From a virus, in IMG/VR virus record IMGVR_UViG_3300045988_112172: a stretch of 64,000 bases of DNA; one strand, given 5' to 3'. Shown one piece after another: positions 31,153-40,732 of the stretch. Within the stretch, counting starts at the first letter, position 1. The number at the start of each line of letters is the position of its first letter. The notes beneath the pieces are model-generated. The model saw only the letters and a program-made list of their open reading frames with translations. It ran no database searches and had not been told where the DNA came from. The position numbers were made by a program, and so were the translations under genes.

Positions 31153-32843
31153 TCATCTCCTTTTAATTTCTTTAAAGTATCTGCAATCGGAAGCTGATCA
31201 ATGACTCCCAATGCCGGAGCGACGGTCTTGACAACATTGTTAAGGAAATTACCGGTACTGTTCTGACCGCCGTCAAATACCGTGATATTTCCGAGATTAA
31301 TGTGCTCAAATGCTTTAACCTGTTCTCCAGCAATTTCTTTCCACTGATTAACCATCTTGTACTGGATGGCGATCTGAGGATTGGATTCTGCTGCTTCCAC
31401 CATAGCCTTAAATCCGTCGGCTTCTGCCATCAACGATTTTTTCTTACCTTCGGCTTCTGCCTCCAGCTTCATCTGAATAGCTTTTGCCTCCGCCTCAGCT
31501 TTTGCCAAATGTGCTGCTGCCTCTGCCTCAGCCCGGCGTTTGATCTTCTCTGCCTCAGCATCAGCTTGCAAGATAGCCTCTTCCTTCTGGGTTTCAGCCG
31601 GCACAATCTTTTCAGCCTTAAGCGCAGCCTGAACTTTCTTAGCCTTAGCTTCTTCCACTTCTTTATCAGCAAGCTCTTTTGCCGTTTTTACAGCCGCTTC
31701 CGATTTAACTTTTTCTTCTCCGGCCTTCTTTTCTGATTGAGCTTTGATAATCTGTAGTTCTGATACTGACACAGCAACCTCCTTCTGGGCATTGTTGTAT
31801 CCTATAGACGCATTTTTCTCAGCCTCAGCCTTCTTAATCTGAGCTTCAGAGTCTTGTATTGCTATAGCTGCTTCCTTGTCAGCTTCAGCCTTATTCTTTC
31901 CGACTTCTTCCATCCTTTCAGCCTCGGCTTTATTTACTTCAAGTTCTGCCTTAGATCTTACAATCGCCGATTCCTTGTCGGTTAAAGTTTTTGCGATAAC
32001 CGCAGCCCTGTCTCTATCTGCTTGAGCTACGCCGATCTGTTTCTCTTTATCGGTTAAAGCCAAGGCTATTTCTTTTTCTTTCTTCGTTTCAGCTACTATC
32101 GTTTCCTTTTCTTTTTCAGTACAAGCAATTTGAATCTCTTGTTCTTTTTTGGTATTAGCCACAGCCGTTTCTTTCTCCTTCTGCTGTACAGCAATCTTAA
32201 TAGCACCCAGCTTCTCCTGCTCTTCGATATTAGCTTGTGCTTCGTTCAGAGCCCTACTTTCAGCCTCCTTACCAAGGTTCATAATATAACCTGCTTCGTC
32301 TCTGATGTCACTGATGTTGATGTTCAGGAGGTAAAGACCTAACTTGTTAAGCTCGTTATCAATGTTCTTTCTTGCCTTATCCAAAAACTCATCCCTGTCA
32401 GAATTAAGTTTTTCGATTGTCATTTCAGCAATAATCAAACGCATCTGACCGTAAACGATGTCCGTAATAAGATTTTCAGTAGATTCGGTATCCATCCCCA
32501 AAAGTCTTTCTGCCGCATTTTGCATGATTTCGGGATTTGTACTGATAGCTACTGTAATGGTCGTAGGTACATCTACTCTAATATTCTGAGATGACAAAGC
32601 ACCGGTAAGCTTGCAATCTATTTGCATAGGCTCCATTGACAAAACATCATAGCTTTGAATAATAGGCAAGACGAATGCCGCTCCACCATGATATAATTTC
32701 GCCGACTTCTTTTCCCCACCTGTCTTACCGTAAACGACCAAGACCTGATTAGGCTTACATCTACGATACCTTGATAAGACTCCGATGATTGTCAAAATAA
32801 TCACTACAGCTAAGATAGCTGACACGTACATGATTGTTGTCAT
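31143..32843 (-). CDS. flotillin-like SPFH/band-7 domain protein (566 aa)
   Basis: N-terminal transmembrane helix, then an SPFH-like domain, then a long Ala/Glu/Lys-rich coiled-coil (EAEAEKIKRRAEAEAAAHLAKAEAEAKAIQ) characteristic of flotillin (FloT/YqiK type). Confidence 0.75.
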   Translation of the reverse strand: MTTIMYVSAILAVVIILTIIGVLSRYRRCKPNQVLVVYGKTGGEKKSAKLYHGGAAFVLPIIQSYDVLSMEPMQIDCKLTGALSSQNIRVDVPTTITVAISTNPEIMQNAAERLLGMDTESTENLITDIVYGQMRLIIAEMTIEKLNSDRDEFLDKARKNIDNELNKLGLYLLNINISDIRDEAGYIMNLGKEAESRALNEAQANIEEQEKLGAIKIAVQQKEKETAVANTKKEQEIQIACTEKEKETIVAETKKEKEIALALTDKEKQIGVAQADRDRAAVIAKTLTDKESAIVRSKAELEVNKAEAERMEEVGKNKAEADKEAAIAIQDSEAQIKKAEAEKNASIGYNNAQKEVAVSVSELQIIKAQSEKKAGEEKVKSEAAVKTAKELADKEVEEAKAKKVQAALKAEKIVPAETQKEEAILQADAEAEKIKRRAEAEAAAHLAKAEAEAKAIQMKLEAEAEGKKKSLMAEADGFKAMVEAAESNPQIAIQYKMVNQWKEIAGEQVKAFEHINLGNITVFDGGQNSTGNFLNNVVKTVAPALGVIDQLPIADTLKKLKGDDKK

Positions 32844-32874
32844 AACTTTTAAAATTTAATTGTTGATAAAAAAA

Positions 32875-33369
32875 TTAGATACTTAATTCTCCTTCTTCAT
32901 ATTTTATATTCGCCTTGTCGCCGTTTTTGTAGGTTTTTCCAGACAAGCATCTTACTCTCATTTGCTCTTGTCTTCCATTTTTCGAAATATTTACCATATA
33001 ATGATTCTTCCCTGATCTAAATACTATCTCCACTTCTCTTCCGTTTAAATCTTCCGGACATTCGTACACCATTTCTTGCTTTAACTTAAGAAGTAACTTA
33101 TATACGTAAAACAAAATGATAAAGAAAAACGACCCTATCACAACCCCTACTAAATGGGAACCCGAAAAGTACGTGGCCCAGCTATATCCAAGAATAAAAT
33201 GCGTTATACCCTTGAATGATATGATGTCCGACAAAGACATGCTTAAATCAGAAGCACTGTCAATGTCAATATCCGTATCCAGATCAGATCCTAATATCGA
33301 CAACAAAAACTGTATAACAAAAGCAAATGACGCTATTAAAGCCATGCATAAAATTATATCACTTCCCAT
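32875..33369 (-). CDS. NfeD/YqiJ-like membrane protein (164 aa), partner of flotillin
   Basis: Two or three N-terminal transmembrane helices plus a C-terminal OB-fold-like beta segment (GREVEIVFRSGKNHYMVNISKNGRQEQMRVR). It lies immediately upstream of the flotillin gene, as in bacterial yqiJK/floA operons. Confidence 0.55.
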   Translation of the reverse strand: MGSDIILCMALIASFAFVIQFLLSILGSDLDTDIDIDSASDLSMSLSDIISFKGITHFILGYSWATYFSGSHLVGVVIGSFFFIILFYVYKLLLKLKQEMVYECPEDLNGREVEIVFRSGKNHYMVNISKNGRQEQMRVRCLSGKTYKNGDKANIKYEEGELSI

Positions 33370-33610
33370 ATCCTTTTGTTATTATTTTGTAAACAAGATC
33401 AGTCATATCTTTGATGGATTCTGTATCATAATCAATAATAACGATATTGAATTTTTGTTCCACCATCACATCAAGCTCAATTCGATCAATAGAATCTAAT
33501 CCAAGTTCTTCAAACGACACATCTTCTTCATGAACTATATCTATTTCCGAATGAAGAAACTGAGTAATAATTATATCCTCTATTATCTTTCTAATTCTTA
33601 CTTTTTCCAT
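33359..33610 (-). CDS. acyl carrier protein-like small acidic protein (83 aa)
   Basis: EELGLDSIDRIELDVMVEQKF matches the ACP phosphopantetheine-attachment motif (DSL-type Ser followed by an acidic helix). Small, acidic and single-domain. Confidence 0.6.
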   Translation of the reverse strand: MEKVRIRKIIEDIIITQFLHSEIDIVHEEDVSFEELGLDSIDRIELDVMVEQKFNIVIIDYDTESIKDMTDLVYKIITKGYGK

Positions 33611-34311
33611 TGCTTTCTAATTTTGTTAAATAAATACGTTTTTATATTTTTCAATCGCTCTTTGTCTGTTTCTGAGCTTCCGGTAAACAAATAATCCGGA
33701 TTTCCTTTAGCCGGCGGCGTGGGCAATTTAGATACAGCAAACAACCAATCCATTTCCTTATTCTTCTTAGGCTCCAAATAAGGCTCGGTAGCGATCTTAA
33801 ATTTTTCAGCTATTAAGTCAAAGAGTTTTGAGTTTTTGAGGTTCATATGAACCGAGAAAGCCTGAGAAGGCGGTTTCCATATGAAGTTACATAAACTCAT
33901 TGTGTAATCTCCTGACTCTGCTATATAAGATTCTGTTACTTGAAGTATGACCTCTTTCTTAAATGAAGTATTACCCATAAACCAACACAATCTGGATTCC
34001 GCTTCTTTTCTGCTGACACCTATGTCTTTTGAATATGATTCGTACATTCCTATCATAATCTTCAACGTCTCCAGAACCTCGTCCGTCATTTCCGGTGTCT
34101 CTATATAATTCACAAAAGACGTTCCTTTGTTGGTTAATCTCATCACGCCTGATTTTAATTTCTCAACCAGACCAAGCTCTATATATCTCCCAGCATCTTC
34201 TTCCGGCATGGCTTCGATCATAACCGTGTCCTTCTGTCTTATGGCAAGAAGATTGGCAAGATCATTAGGCGTCATGTCTGATGCTGCAAGTTGTCTGAAA
34301 TTGATGTACAT
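33598..34311 (-). CDS. hypothetical protein (237 aa)
   Basis: ORF at the head of the ACP-NfeD-flotillin gene string. Confidence 0.55.
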   Translation of the reverse strand: MYINFRQLAASDMTPNDLANLLAIRQKDTVMIEAMPEEDAGRYIELGLVEKLKSGVMRLTNKGTSFVNYIETPEMTDEVLETLKIMIGMYESYSKDIGVSRKEAESRLCWFMGNTSFKKEVILQVTESYIAESGDYTMSLCNFIWKPPSQAFSVHMNLKNSKLFDLIAEKFKIATEPYLEPKKNKEMDWLFAVSKLPTPPAKGNPDYLFTGSSETDKERLKNIKTYLFNKIRKQWKK

Positions 34312-34313
34312 GC

Positions 34314-34520
34314 CTAATCAGCTTTAATAAAAATAACATCCCTATTATCCTCTCTCTCTGCGTGATTACACGGACCTGCAATCACATCCACTGCCCCGCG
34401 TGTAAAGTAATTAAATATACATCCTTCACATCCTGCATCTGGTGCCATTGGTTCCACACATTTTAATCTCACAAGTCCGGCATCAAATACTTCTCCTACT
34501 TTAAATTCCTTCTTTTCCAT
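34314..34520 (-). CDS. small Cys-rich protein (68 aa)
   Basis: CVEP ... CEGC ... C cluster. Confidence 0.4.
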   Translation of the reverse strand: MEKKEFKVGEVFDAGLVRLKCVEPMAPDAGCEGCIFNYFTRGAVDVIAGPCNHAEREDNRDVIFIKAD

Positions 34521-34535
34521 ATTTCCTCCTTGTTT

Positions 34536-35138
34536 TTAACTGTTGTACCCTTCTTTGATAATCGAATTTCTACCGGTAGACACCGACTGACGAAGATCAT
34601 CATGTACAGAATCTACCGTAGAATACTTGTTTCTGGTTGTAAAAATCACTTCCAACATCTCCTTATAATCACCTAAAGCTACTTCATATCTCGGATCTAC
34701 TTTGGCTTTTCTTTCAGCTTCGGCATTACTCTTAGCCAGCTCCCGGTCAAGAAGATCTTCTTTGATTCGGTCAGCAATCATATCAAGCTCTTTTTTGATT
34801 ACTTCGCCGGCTGCCCGAAGTTGACCTTCTACATCACCAAGCTGGTCTTGGACGGTTCCTATTTCTTTCTTTAAACGATCATATTCGTTAATCATACCCA
34901 TATCACCTGCATAGCCGGAAAAGTCCTTGATTATTCTGGTTCCTTCTTTAAGGAGCTCAATGACTCGTCTTTTACGTTCTCTGCTTATTAAAGACGGAAG
35001 ACGATAATTCATATCCGCCACCGCCTTGTCATGTATGGAGTTGATTAAAAACATCTCTCTCTCATCCCCTGCAAACTCCGTAAGAACCAAAAGGAACTTA
35101 CTTATCAGGTATTCGTTTTCTTCTACTGTTAGTCTCAT
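34536..35138 (-). CDS. coiled-coil hypothetical protein (200 aa)
   Basis: ORF with heptad-like charged repeats. Confidence 0.55.
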   Translation of the reverse strand: MRLTVEENEYLISKFLLVLTEFAGDEREMFLINSIHDKAVADMNYRLPSLISRERKRRVIELLKEGTRIIKDFSGYAGDMGMINEYDRLKKEIGTVQDQLGDVEGQLRAAGEVIKKELDMIADRIKEDLLDRELAKSNAEAERKAKVDPRYEVALGDYKEMLEVIFTTRNKYSTVDSVHDDLRQSVSTGRNSIIKEGYNS

Positions 35139-35153
35139 GGTTCTTATTTTTTT

Positions 35154-36287
35154 TTAATACAATGACTGTTCTTCTCTTGTCTCTTGTTCTTGTTCCTGAT
35201 TGTCCGTAACATCTTCCACAGTATAGAGCTTGGGCGGCGTCGGCGGCTGGTTGGGATTCACGAACTTCGTCCCTCCCTCCCCGTACATCCATCCATGCCC
35301 CGGCAGAATCTCTGGGTGGATTGTGTTAGTAAGCTCTTCCATGCTAACCTGCCTTACTTTCAGTATATGATGAAACACCAGTCCGGCTGTCCTGAATGAT
35401 GTTTTGTTTTCAGTTTTAAACCTATCAAGAGTCTGATACCAATCTTTCCCAAATATCATATACTTATCCAGCCCGTACCGACGAGGATTATGCAAACCTA
35501 TCATTAACGTACATAACTGACCCAGTGTATCAGATTGGTAAAAATCAGAAAGACGAGGAGGCTGCTCTTGTGGACTTTTTATCCTTCCTTCTATCTCTCT
35601 GTTGAATTGGGATATGATGAGGAAAAATATGTTTTTATATACTAATTTAGCCTCATTCATAACCGCCACCAAATCATCTATAGCCGACTTAGGATCTAAT
35701 CCCATTCTTTTTATTAAAGCAATATGATCGACTTTAAATATTATAAGACGTTTGTTTTTGTGCTTGTTAGCTATATGATACACAGCCGCCTCAAACTCTT
35801 TTACCGTACACGGAGCATCGATGTATATTATATTATTTCTGATTTCACCTTGAAGGATTTCAAACATCCTCATCTCTTCTACTGTATTAGAATCTTGCCT
35901 TCTTAATATTTCAGGAGCTCGCTTTTTCATATCTTGGCTCATTCTGCGAAGAAGAAGATCCTGAGGATTCATTTCGAACTCGCAATTGACAAGAAAATAA
36001 TCTTCTGCTTGCGGGTTGATCATCGGATTCATCACATTTTCCAATATCTTTTGGGCCACATACGATTTACCTACAGATGGCCGGGCTCCTATAGCAATAG
36101 CATGCTGAGGAAAAATACCTCCAAGCAAAGCCTCGTCAATATAATCGTATCCGGTTTTAGCGGGGATAAGCTCTCCCCGCCTGTATTTTAAGATATTCTC
36201 ATACGCCTCTTCCATAACCTGTTTAGAGGTCTTGAATATCCTTCTTATATCTATCCTATTTGCTATCTCCTCTTGCATTTTTGTCAC
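35154..36287 (-). CDS. DnaB-family (RecA-fold) replicative helicase-like ATPase (377 aa)
   Basis: GYDYIDEALLGG ... IAIGARPSVGKSYVAQK (DnaB C-terminal-domain entry plus Walker A), Walker B-like IIFKVDH, and no DnaB N-terminal domain. Confidence 0.6.
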   Translation of the reverse strand: MTKMQEEIANRIDIRRIFKTSKQVMEEAYENILKYRRGELIPAKTGYDYIDEALLGGIFPQHAIAIGARPSVGKSYVAQKILENVMNPMINPQAEDYFLVNCEFEMNPQDLLLRRMSQDMKKRAPEILRRQDSNTVEEMRMFEILQGEIRNNIIYIDAPCTVKEFEAAVYHIANKHKNKRLIIFKVDHIALIKRMGLDPKSAIDDLVAVMNEAKLVYKNIFFLIISQFNREIEGRIKSPQEQPPRLSDFYQSDTLGQLCTLMIGLHNPRRYGLDKYMIFGKDWYQTLDRFKTENKTSFRTAGLVFHHILKVRQVSMEELTNTIHPEILPGHGWMYGEGGTKFVNPNQPPTPPKLYTVEDVTDNQEQEQETREEQSLY

Positions 36288-36534
36288 CTTTTGTATCCGA
36301 TTTGGACCCTCTATTAGCTTTTACTGATTTATACCTAAGACCGTTCTTGGTATGAGAACAATCCTTGCCTTTCCTCCAGCCCTTGCCCTTCTTCTTGTCC
36401 GTTTCGTAGTTTTTACGACCAAGCTCCCGGCGTTTGGCTTTCTGTTCCGGTCTGGCATTTATCTCCTTGTCCTTTTTAGCCTTTTTCTTCCTGGCTTCGG
36501 GATGAGTCCTGTAGTACTCTGTTGATCTGCCCAT
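36256..36534 (-). CDS. highly basic Lys/Arg-rich small protein (92 aa), possibly DNA-binding or histone-like
   Basis: More than 35% K/R, no hydrophobic core. Confidence 0.4.
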   Translation of the reverse strand: MGRSTEYYRTHPEARKKKAKKDKEINARPEQKAKRRELGRKNYETDKKKGKGWRKGKDCSHTKNGLRYKSVKANRGSKSDTKGDKNARGDSK

Positions 36535-36585
36535 GTGCTTATATTTTTTTGATTAATAATAGCACAAAGATAGGCAATTCGCGCC

Positions 36586-37152
36586 CTATTTCAACCTGCC
36601 GTAGCTCATATCAGGATCACACCAGACATATCCGTCTTTCTCATCATGAAGATACTCAGGACATCCTCTGCATGCGCTACTTCCTGACACTATTTGATTG
36701 TTCTTATTAGGGCACTTATCTCCAGGCTTATGCCATTCTATTCTCGAACCTGATCGCTCTTTGTTCACATGACAGAACTGAAAGACTTTTCCCATCGTCT
36801 TCTCGCCGAACATACCTATATGTGTGTACTCTTCCGGTATAGCGAGAAATTCAGATAAATCCTTATACATCCTTTCCCGTTCCTCCGGCGTAGACCATAG
36901 TCTGTCAAGTTCGGCATGGACTCTTATCTTAAGAGACCTTAGTGATGGCCCCGCAAGCCGGCCTTTAGCTTTTCCCTTATTCGGCCCTGATTCATGAACA
37001 CCGACATAAGCATTGCATGGTTTACACATCATAACCATCCCTAAGCCTTTTCTGCTATATATTTTATCGGCATTGACCAACTCGGTTTCTCTTCCACAAT
37101 AAGGACAAATTTCGCCTCTTAAAACCCGTTGTTGGCGCTCATTAAGTTCCAT
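36586..37152 (-). CDS. zinc-ribbon protein (188 aa)
   Basis: CPYCG ... CKPC at the N-terminus and C ... CRGC at the C-terminus. Confidence 0.5.
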   Translation of the reverse strand: MELNERQQRVLRGEICPYCGRETELVNADKIYSRKGLGMVMMCKPCNAYVGVHESGPNKGKAKGRLAGPSLRSLKIRVHAELDRLWSTPEERERMYKDLSEFLAIPEEYTHIGMFGEKTMGKVFQFCHVNKERSGSRIEWHKPGDKCPNKNNQIVSGSSACRGCPEYLHDEKDGYVWCDPDMSYGRLK

Positions 37153-37397
37153 ACCCTATTCTTTTGTTTTTCTTTAAACTTTTCATACAAACTGTTTTCA
37201 GTTTCCATTTCCGAGATCTCTACCTCTACGTCCTCTCTTTTGAAAATTACTTTCTTGGCTGTCGGATACGCGCATTTAGAGATACGAATAGCATTACGAA
37301 TAGCGTAAACAAAATACGTTTCTGGTGACGATTCGATCACCACTACCTCATTTAAAGTATTTTTATAATTTTCCATGTTGTTATCTACTTGCTTCAA
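37119..37397 (-). CDS. hypothetical protein (92 aa)
   Basis: ORF. Confidence 0.45.
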   Translation of the reverse strand: MKQVDNNMENYKNTLNEVVVIESSPETYFVYAIRNAIRISKCAYPTAKKVIFKREDVEVEISEMETENSLYEKFKEKQKNRVWNLMSANNGF

Positions 37398-37734
37398 TTA
37401 TATAACCCGGATGATCTTCACACGCCTCTTTGTATTTGATAAGAAACTTAAGAAATGAATCATAAGACCCCCATCCATTTTCTGGCTCGTATTTCAAAAG
37501 ACTTTTTCTCTTGGAGATCATAATACATATACCTTTTGTAAGTACATTCTTCATCTCATTGGTATCTATTTCCCTACCCAATTCTTCTGGTCTCCAAACA
37601 TAATCGTACAGCGTTTCTTTATTTTCTGATACGAATATTCTTTGTGCCATCTTGTTCATGTTGTGGGTGATGTTTGCAACCCATTCACGATCCTCTTCTT
37701 TCTTCTTGTTCTTAATATAAACATCCAGGCTCAT
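37381..37734 (-). CDS. hypothetical protein (117 aa)
   Basis: ORF. Confidence 0.5.
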   Translation of the reverse strand: MSLDVYIKNKKKEEDREWVANITHNMNKMAQRIFVSENKETLYDYVWRPEELGREIDTNEMKNVLTKGICIMISKRKSLLKYEPENGWGSYDSFLKFLIKYKEACEDHPGYIIEASR

Positions 37735-38725
37735 GATATTTCTCTTTTACCTTGTTATTAATTATCAAATCTGCCACATCATCTCCGTCTCCTACATTTT
37801 CAACATTTTGAAGATAGTCCGATACTTTTATCCTTGACTTCATCATCATCCCATCTATCTTTTTACTCCATGTCTCAAATGCTTGTCCTTTGTCCGGAAA
37901 AGCTACAGTCTTTCTATCTTTTAAGACATCTATCACTTCCGGCCTTAGATTCTGCAACCCACCGGTAGCTACAAATAACTCATCTGGTTTATTCACAGCG
38001 CATATAATAGCCGTCTTTTCTGATTCCACCAGATTAACCACCTTATCCGGATACTGGCTTAGAAGATGCTCTCCGAACAGGCATTGTCTAAACAAGAAGT
38101 CTCTTGCATGCAACGAGTGATAAAACATAACATGAGGCCGCTCATTGTCACCGTCTTTTTCCTTCACTCTTTTTACATCAATCTCATTCCCCTGGCTGTC
38201 GGTCTTTATATAAAAGTCCATGATTTTGCCAGTTCTACATACAAAATCCTTATCTATCTGCCAGAATATACAACACCCTTTCCATCCCCATAAGTCCATT
38301 GTTCCGACATGATATCTTCTAAACACGTCAGATACCCTTTCTTTTCCCCATAGAGACGATAAAAACCTAAACACAGTATTTCTATCATCTGGAACCACAG
38401 TCCTCTCAAACTCGCTAAAAGGTATGTAATTTACAACATCAGGATTTACAGGAGGGCGATAAGCTCTTATACACTTATTCCCAGAAATCCAAAGATCTTT
38501 GTCGCCCACATCCTTACCAGTAGGTCGTTTATCGTAACCGCAAGTCCGTTCATGATCGCATCTTCCGAACTCGTTGCCAACAACCTGACCTGTTGCCACA
38601 TCAATATAAGGAGTGAGGCACCGGCTTTTCCCGCAAGCCGGGCAGGTCAGCTTTAGTCGGCTCCTGCCAGGCCTGCGGTCAAGTTGAAACCGGGGTACGT
38701 TTTCGTATCTTCTAAAATCAAGCAT
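37712..38725 (-). CDS. DNA primase-like protein (zinc ribbon plus TOPRIM-like core) (337 aa)
   Basis: N-terminal CPACG ... C ... C zinc ribbon, acidic motifs (LVESEKTAI, VAFPDKGQ) consistent with a TOPRIM-type primase core, and a position next to the helicase. Confidence 0.5.
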   Translation of the reverse strand: MLDFRRYENVPRFQLDRRPGRSRLKLTCPACGKSRCLTPYIDVATGQVVGNEFGRCDHERTCGYDKRPTGKDVGDKDLWISGNKCIRAYRPPVNPDVVNYIPFSEFERTVVPDDRNTVFRFLSSLWGKERVSDVFRRYHVGTMDLWGWKGCCIFWQIDKDFVCRTGKIMDFYIKTDSQGNEIDVKRVKEKDGDNERPHVMFYHSLHARDFLFRQCLFGEHLLSQYPDKVVNLVESEKTAIICAVNKPDELFVATGGLQNLRPEVIDVLKDRKTVAFPDKGQAFETWSKKIDGMMMKSRIKVSDYLQNVENVGDGDDVADLIINNKVKEKYHEPGCLY

Positions 38726-38734
38726 AATGCTTAT

Positions 38735-40051
38735 TTATATTACAAATCTTTTAGACATTTCCTCAGCAATATCATATACGACAATATGATCCTCTTCATT
38801 GTAAGGCTTATTGATATTCAGCACTCCTTTTCTCACTTTGAACTTCTTATCTTTTCTAAGGTGATTCAACATACCTTGTTGGAACACGCAGTCCGCCTTT
38901 TCAAGTGCTATACTGTCTTCTGTCCATTCTTTCAACGTATATCCTTTGCTGCTCGTGCTTTTTGGAGAAAAGTTCATAATACGTGCATCAATCCCATACC
39001 ATGCTTTAACCATTCTTCTTTCAGCTTCTAATTGAAATGCGTATGATTCCCATATTCCCCCTGATTTAAAGTCGAGAATAACCACTTCTTCCTTCTCCAC
39101 GTCTCTTACCTCCTTCTTCGGATCACCTTTTTTGAACTGCCCTGTGGCCCTTTGATACACGGCTCCAAAATAACCTTCTTCTTTGTATTTGAATGTCATT
39201 TTAACCATCGCATCTATCGGCGTAGCTACCAAATAGTCCTCTAATGACAATATTCTTTCAATCATCATCGGCTTAACCTTATACTCCGAACAAAATTTGG
39301 CAAACTTCATAACTCTGACAATCATATCGTCAAGATCATCTATGCTGTTAAAGAATCGGTCAAGATTTTTCTTCGATATCTTCAGCTTACCTTCTTGTAC
39401 GGTCTTAACTATAAAACTTCGATTTAAGACCATATCTCTACCTGTTAGGTACAATCCGTATAGGTAGTGCATGATCGTTCCCTTATCGGCTTCATACTGC
39501 GCTATCTCTTCTGGATTGCGACCAAGCATCTTTATCTCTTGCTTCCATTCCTGAAGTGCTGTCTTATCATCTACATATCCGTCTTTGATTAAGGTTGTTA
39601 CCGAAGCATATATCTTGGCTGTCCCATCATCCATCTTCCTTACATAAAAACGATTGTCGTCTAATGTCAATCTTACGAATTTGGGAGTCTCAATCTTCTT
39701 TAACTCATCACAGATATAAAACGGTTCTAACGTTTCCTGATTTTCTGTAAACGGATTCGAATCCTCTTCTCCAGGGTTAGGAGCGGCTTCCTCCGCCGGA
39801 GCTTCCGGTTCCTCCTTCTGGGCCTGCTCTGTCTCAGGCGCCGGCTCTTCAACTACTGGAACCTGTCCGCCTCTTTCTGCTATGTCTCTGTTCTTTATTA
39901 AAGACATAACCTCCTTCTTCAACTGCTCTGGTGTTTGGTTAGGATCTGACACCGACATCACAACATCGTTCATTCTAAACAACGTATTTCCTTCTCCTTC
40001 CACCATAGGGACAAACCCTAAATCTGTCAATATTTTTATTTTCTCTTTCAT
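38735..40051 (-). CDS. PD-(D/E)XK-family nuclease-like protein (RecB/YqaJ-like) with an acidic Pro-rich N-terminal extension (438 aa)
   Basis: VVILDFKSGG (the D-x-K motif of RecB-family nucleases) and GTIMHYLYG upstream. Confidence 0.4.
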   Translation of the reverse strand: MKEKIKILTDLGFVPMVEGEGNTLFRMNDVVMSVSDPNQTPEQLKKEVMSLIKNRDIAERGGQVPVVEEPAPETEQAQKEEPEAPAEEAAPNPGEEDSNPFTENQETLEPFYICDELKKIETPKFVRLTLDDNRFYVRKMDDGTAKIYASVTTLIKDGYVDDKTALQEWKQEIKMLGRNPEEIAQYEADKGTIMHYLYGLYLTGRDMVLNRSFIVKTVQEGKLKISKKNLDRFFNSIDDLDDMIVRVMKFAKFCSEYKVKPMMIERILSLEDYLVATPIDAMVKMTFKYKEEGYFGAVYQRATGQFKKGDPKKEVRDVEKEEVVILDFKSGGIWESYAFQLEAERRMVKAWYGIDARIMNFSPKSTSSKGYTLKEWTEDSIALEKADCVFQQGMLNHLRKDKKFKVRKGVLNINKPYNEEDHIVVYDIAEEMSKRFVI

Positions 40052-40233
40052 GATCTTCCTCTAATCAATTCTTCTTTAATACAATGTAACACTGTTTCCA
40101 CTTCATCTTTATCTCTATCTTTCACTGCGATAGCTATATCCTTGCCATAACTCTCTCTTTTTATGTGCGCATAAAAGATAGTTTCATCGTCAGCTTCTAT
40201 TCTTATTTTATAAAGTTTTCTCATATCTATCAA
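40048..40233 (-). CDS. small hypothetical protein (61 aa)
   Basis: ORF. Confidence 0.35.
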   Translation of the reverse strand: MIDMRKLYKIRIEADDETIFYAHIKRESYGKDIAIAVKDRDKDEVETVLHCIKEELIRGRS

Positions 40234-40732
40234 TTATTTCAATAATTAATCTACCTCTTTCTTTAATCATTCCCCGGCTTTCCATATCCAGTACCTTCTT
40301 TACCGCATACTTCCACACAAAAGGAAATTCTGTTTCAAGTTTATCAAATTCCATCCGGTCAAGATACATGTCGAATACCGTATGCTCTGATTCATGAAGG
40401 AAAACTATATTATCCCTGCAAGTGGCAACCGACTTATATAACCTTTTCGGAAGTATGTGACAGACGTTACATACTGTAGGAAAATGAATAGCTTTACCAG
40501 TCATAGACATTCGAATAGTACTCAACTCCTCCAACATAAGACGAAAAAACCCGGATAAATCCGGGTTCTCTAACTTTTTCTTCTTGCTGCTGTTTTTAAT
40601 GGATGTAATTCTGTCTTTTTTCTTCGGAGTCAACTCTTTGCTCCTGCAAGCCTGGCATAAGCCATGACTTCTTATCATTACTTTTCGTCCGCATTTTTCG
40701 CAGACGTATAGCTTCTTCTCCTTGCTTTCCAT
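40208..40732 (-). CDS. zinc-ribbon hypothetical protein (174 aa)
   Basis: CEKCG ... CQAC at the N-terminus. Confidence 0.5.
   Translation of the reverse strand: MESKEKKLYVCEKCGRKVMIRSHGLCQACRSKELTPKKKDRITSIKNSSKKKKLENPDLSGFFRLMLEELSTIRMSMTGKAIHFPTVCNVCHILPKRLYKSVATCRDNIVFLHESEHTVFDMYLDRMEFDKLETEFPFVWKYAVKKVLDMESRGMIKERGRLIIEIIDRYEKTL

Noticed and set aside
31302-31736. Plus-strand 144-aa ORF inside the flotillin gene.
   Set aside because: It is an antisense reading of the Ala/Glu-repeat coding region. Its low-complexity Cys/Phe/Leu composition is an artefact.
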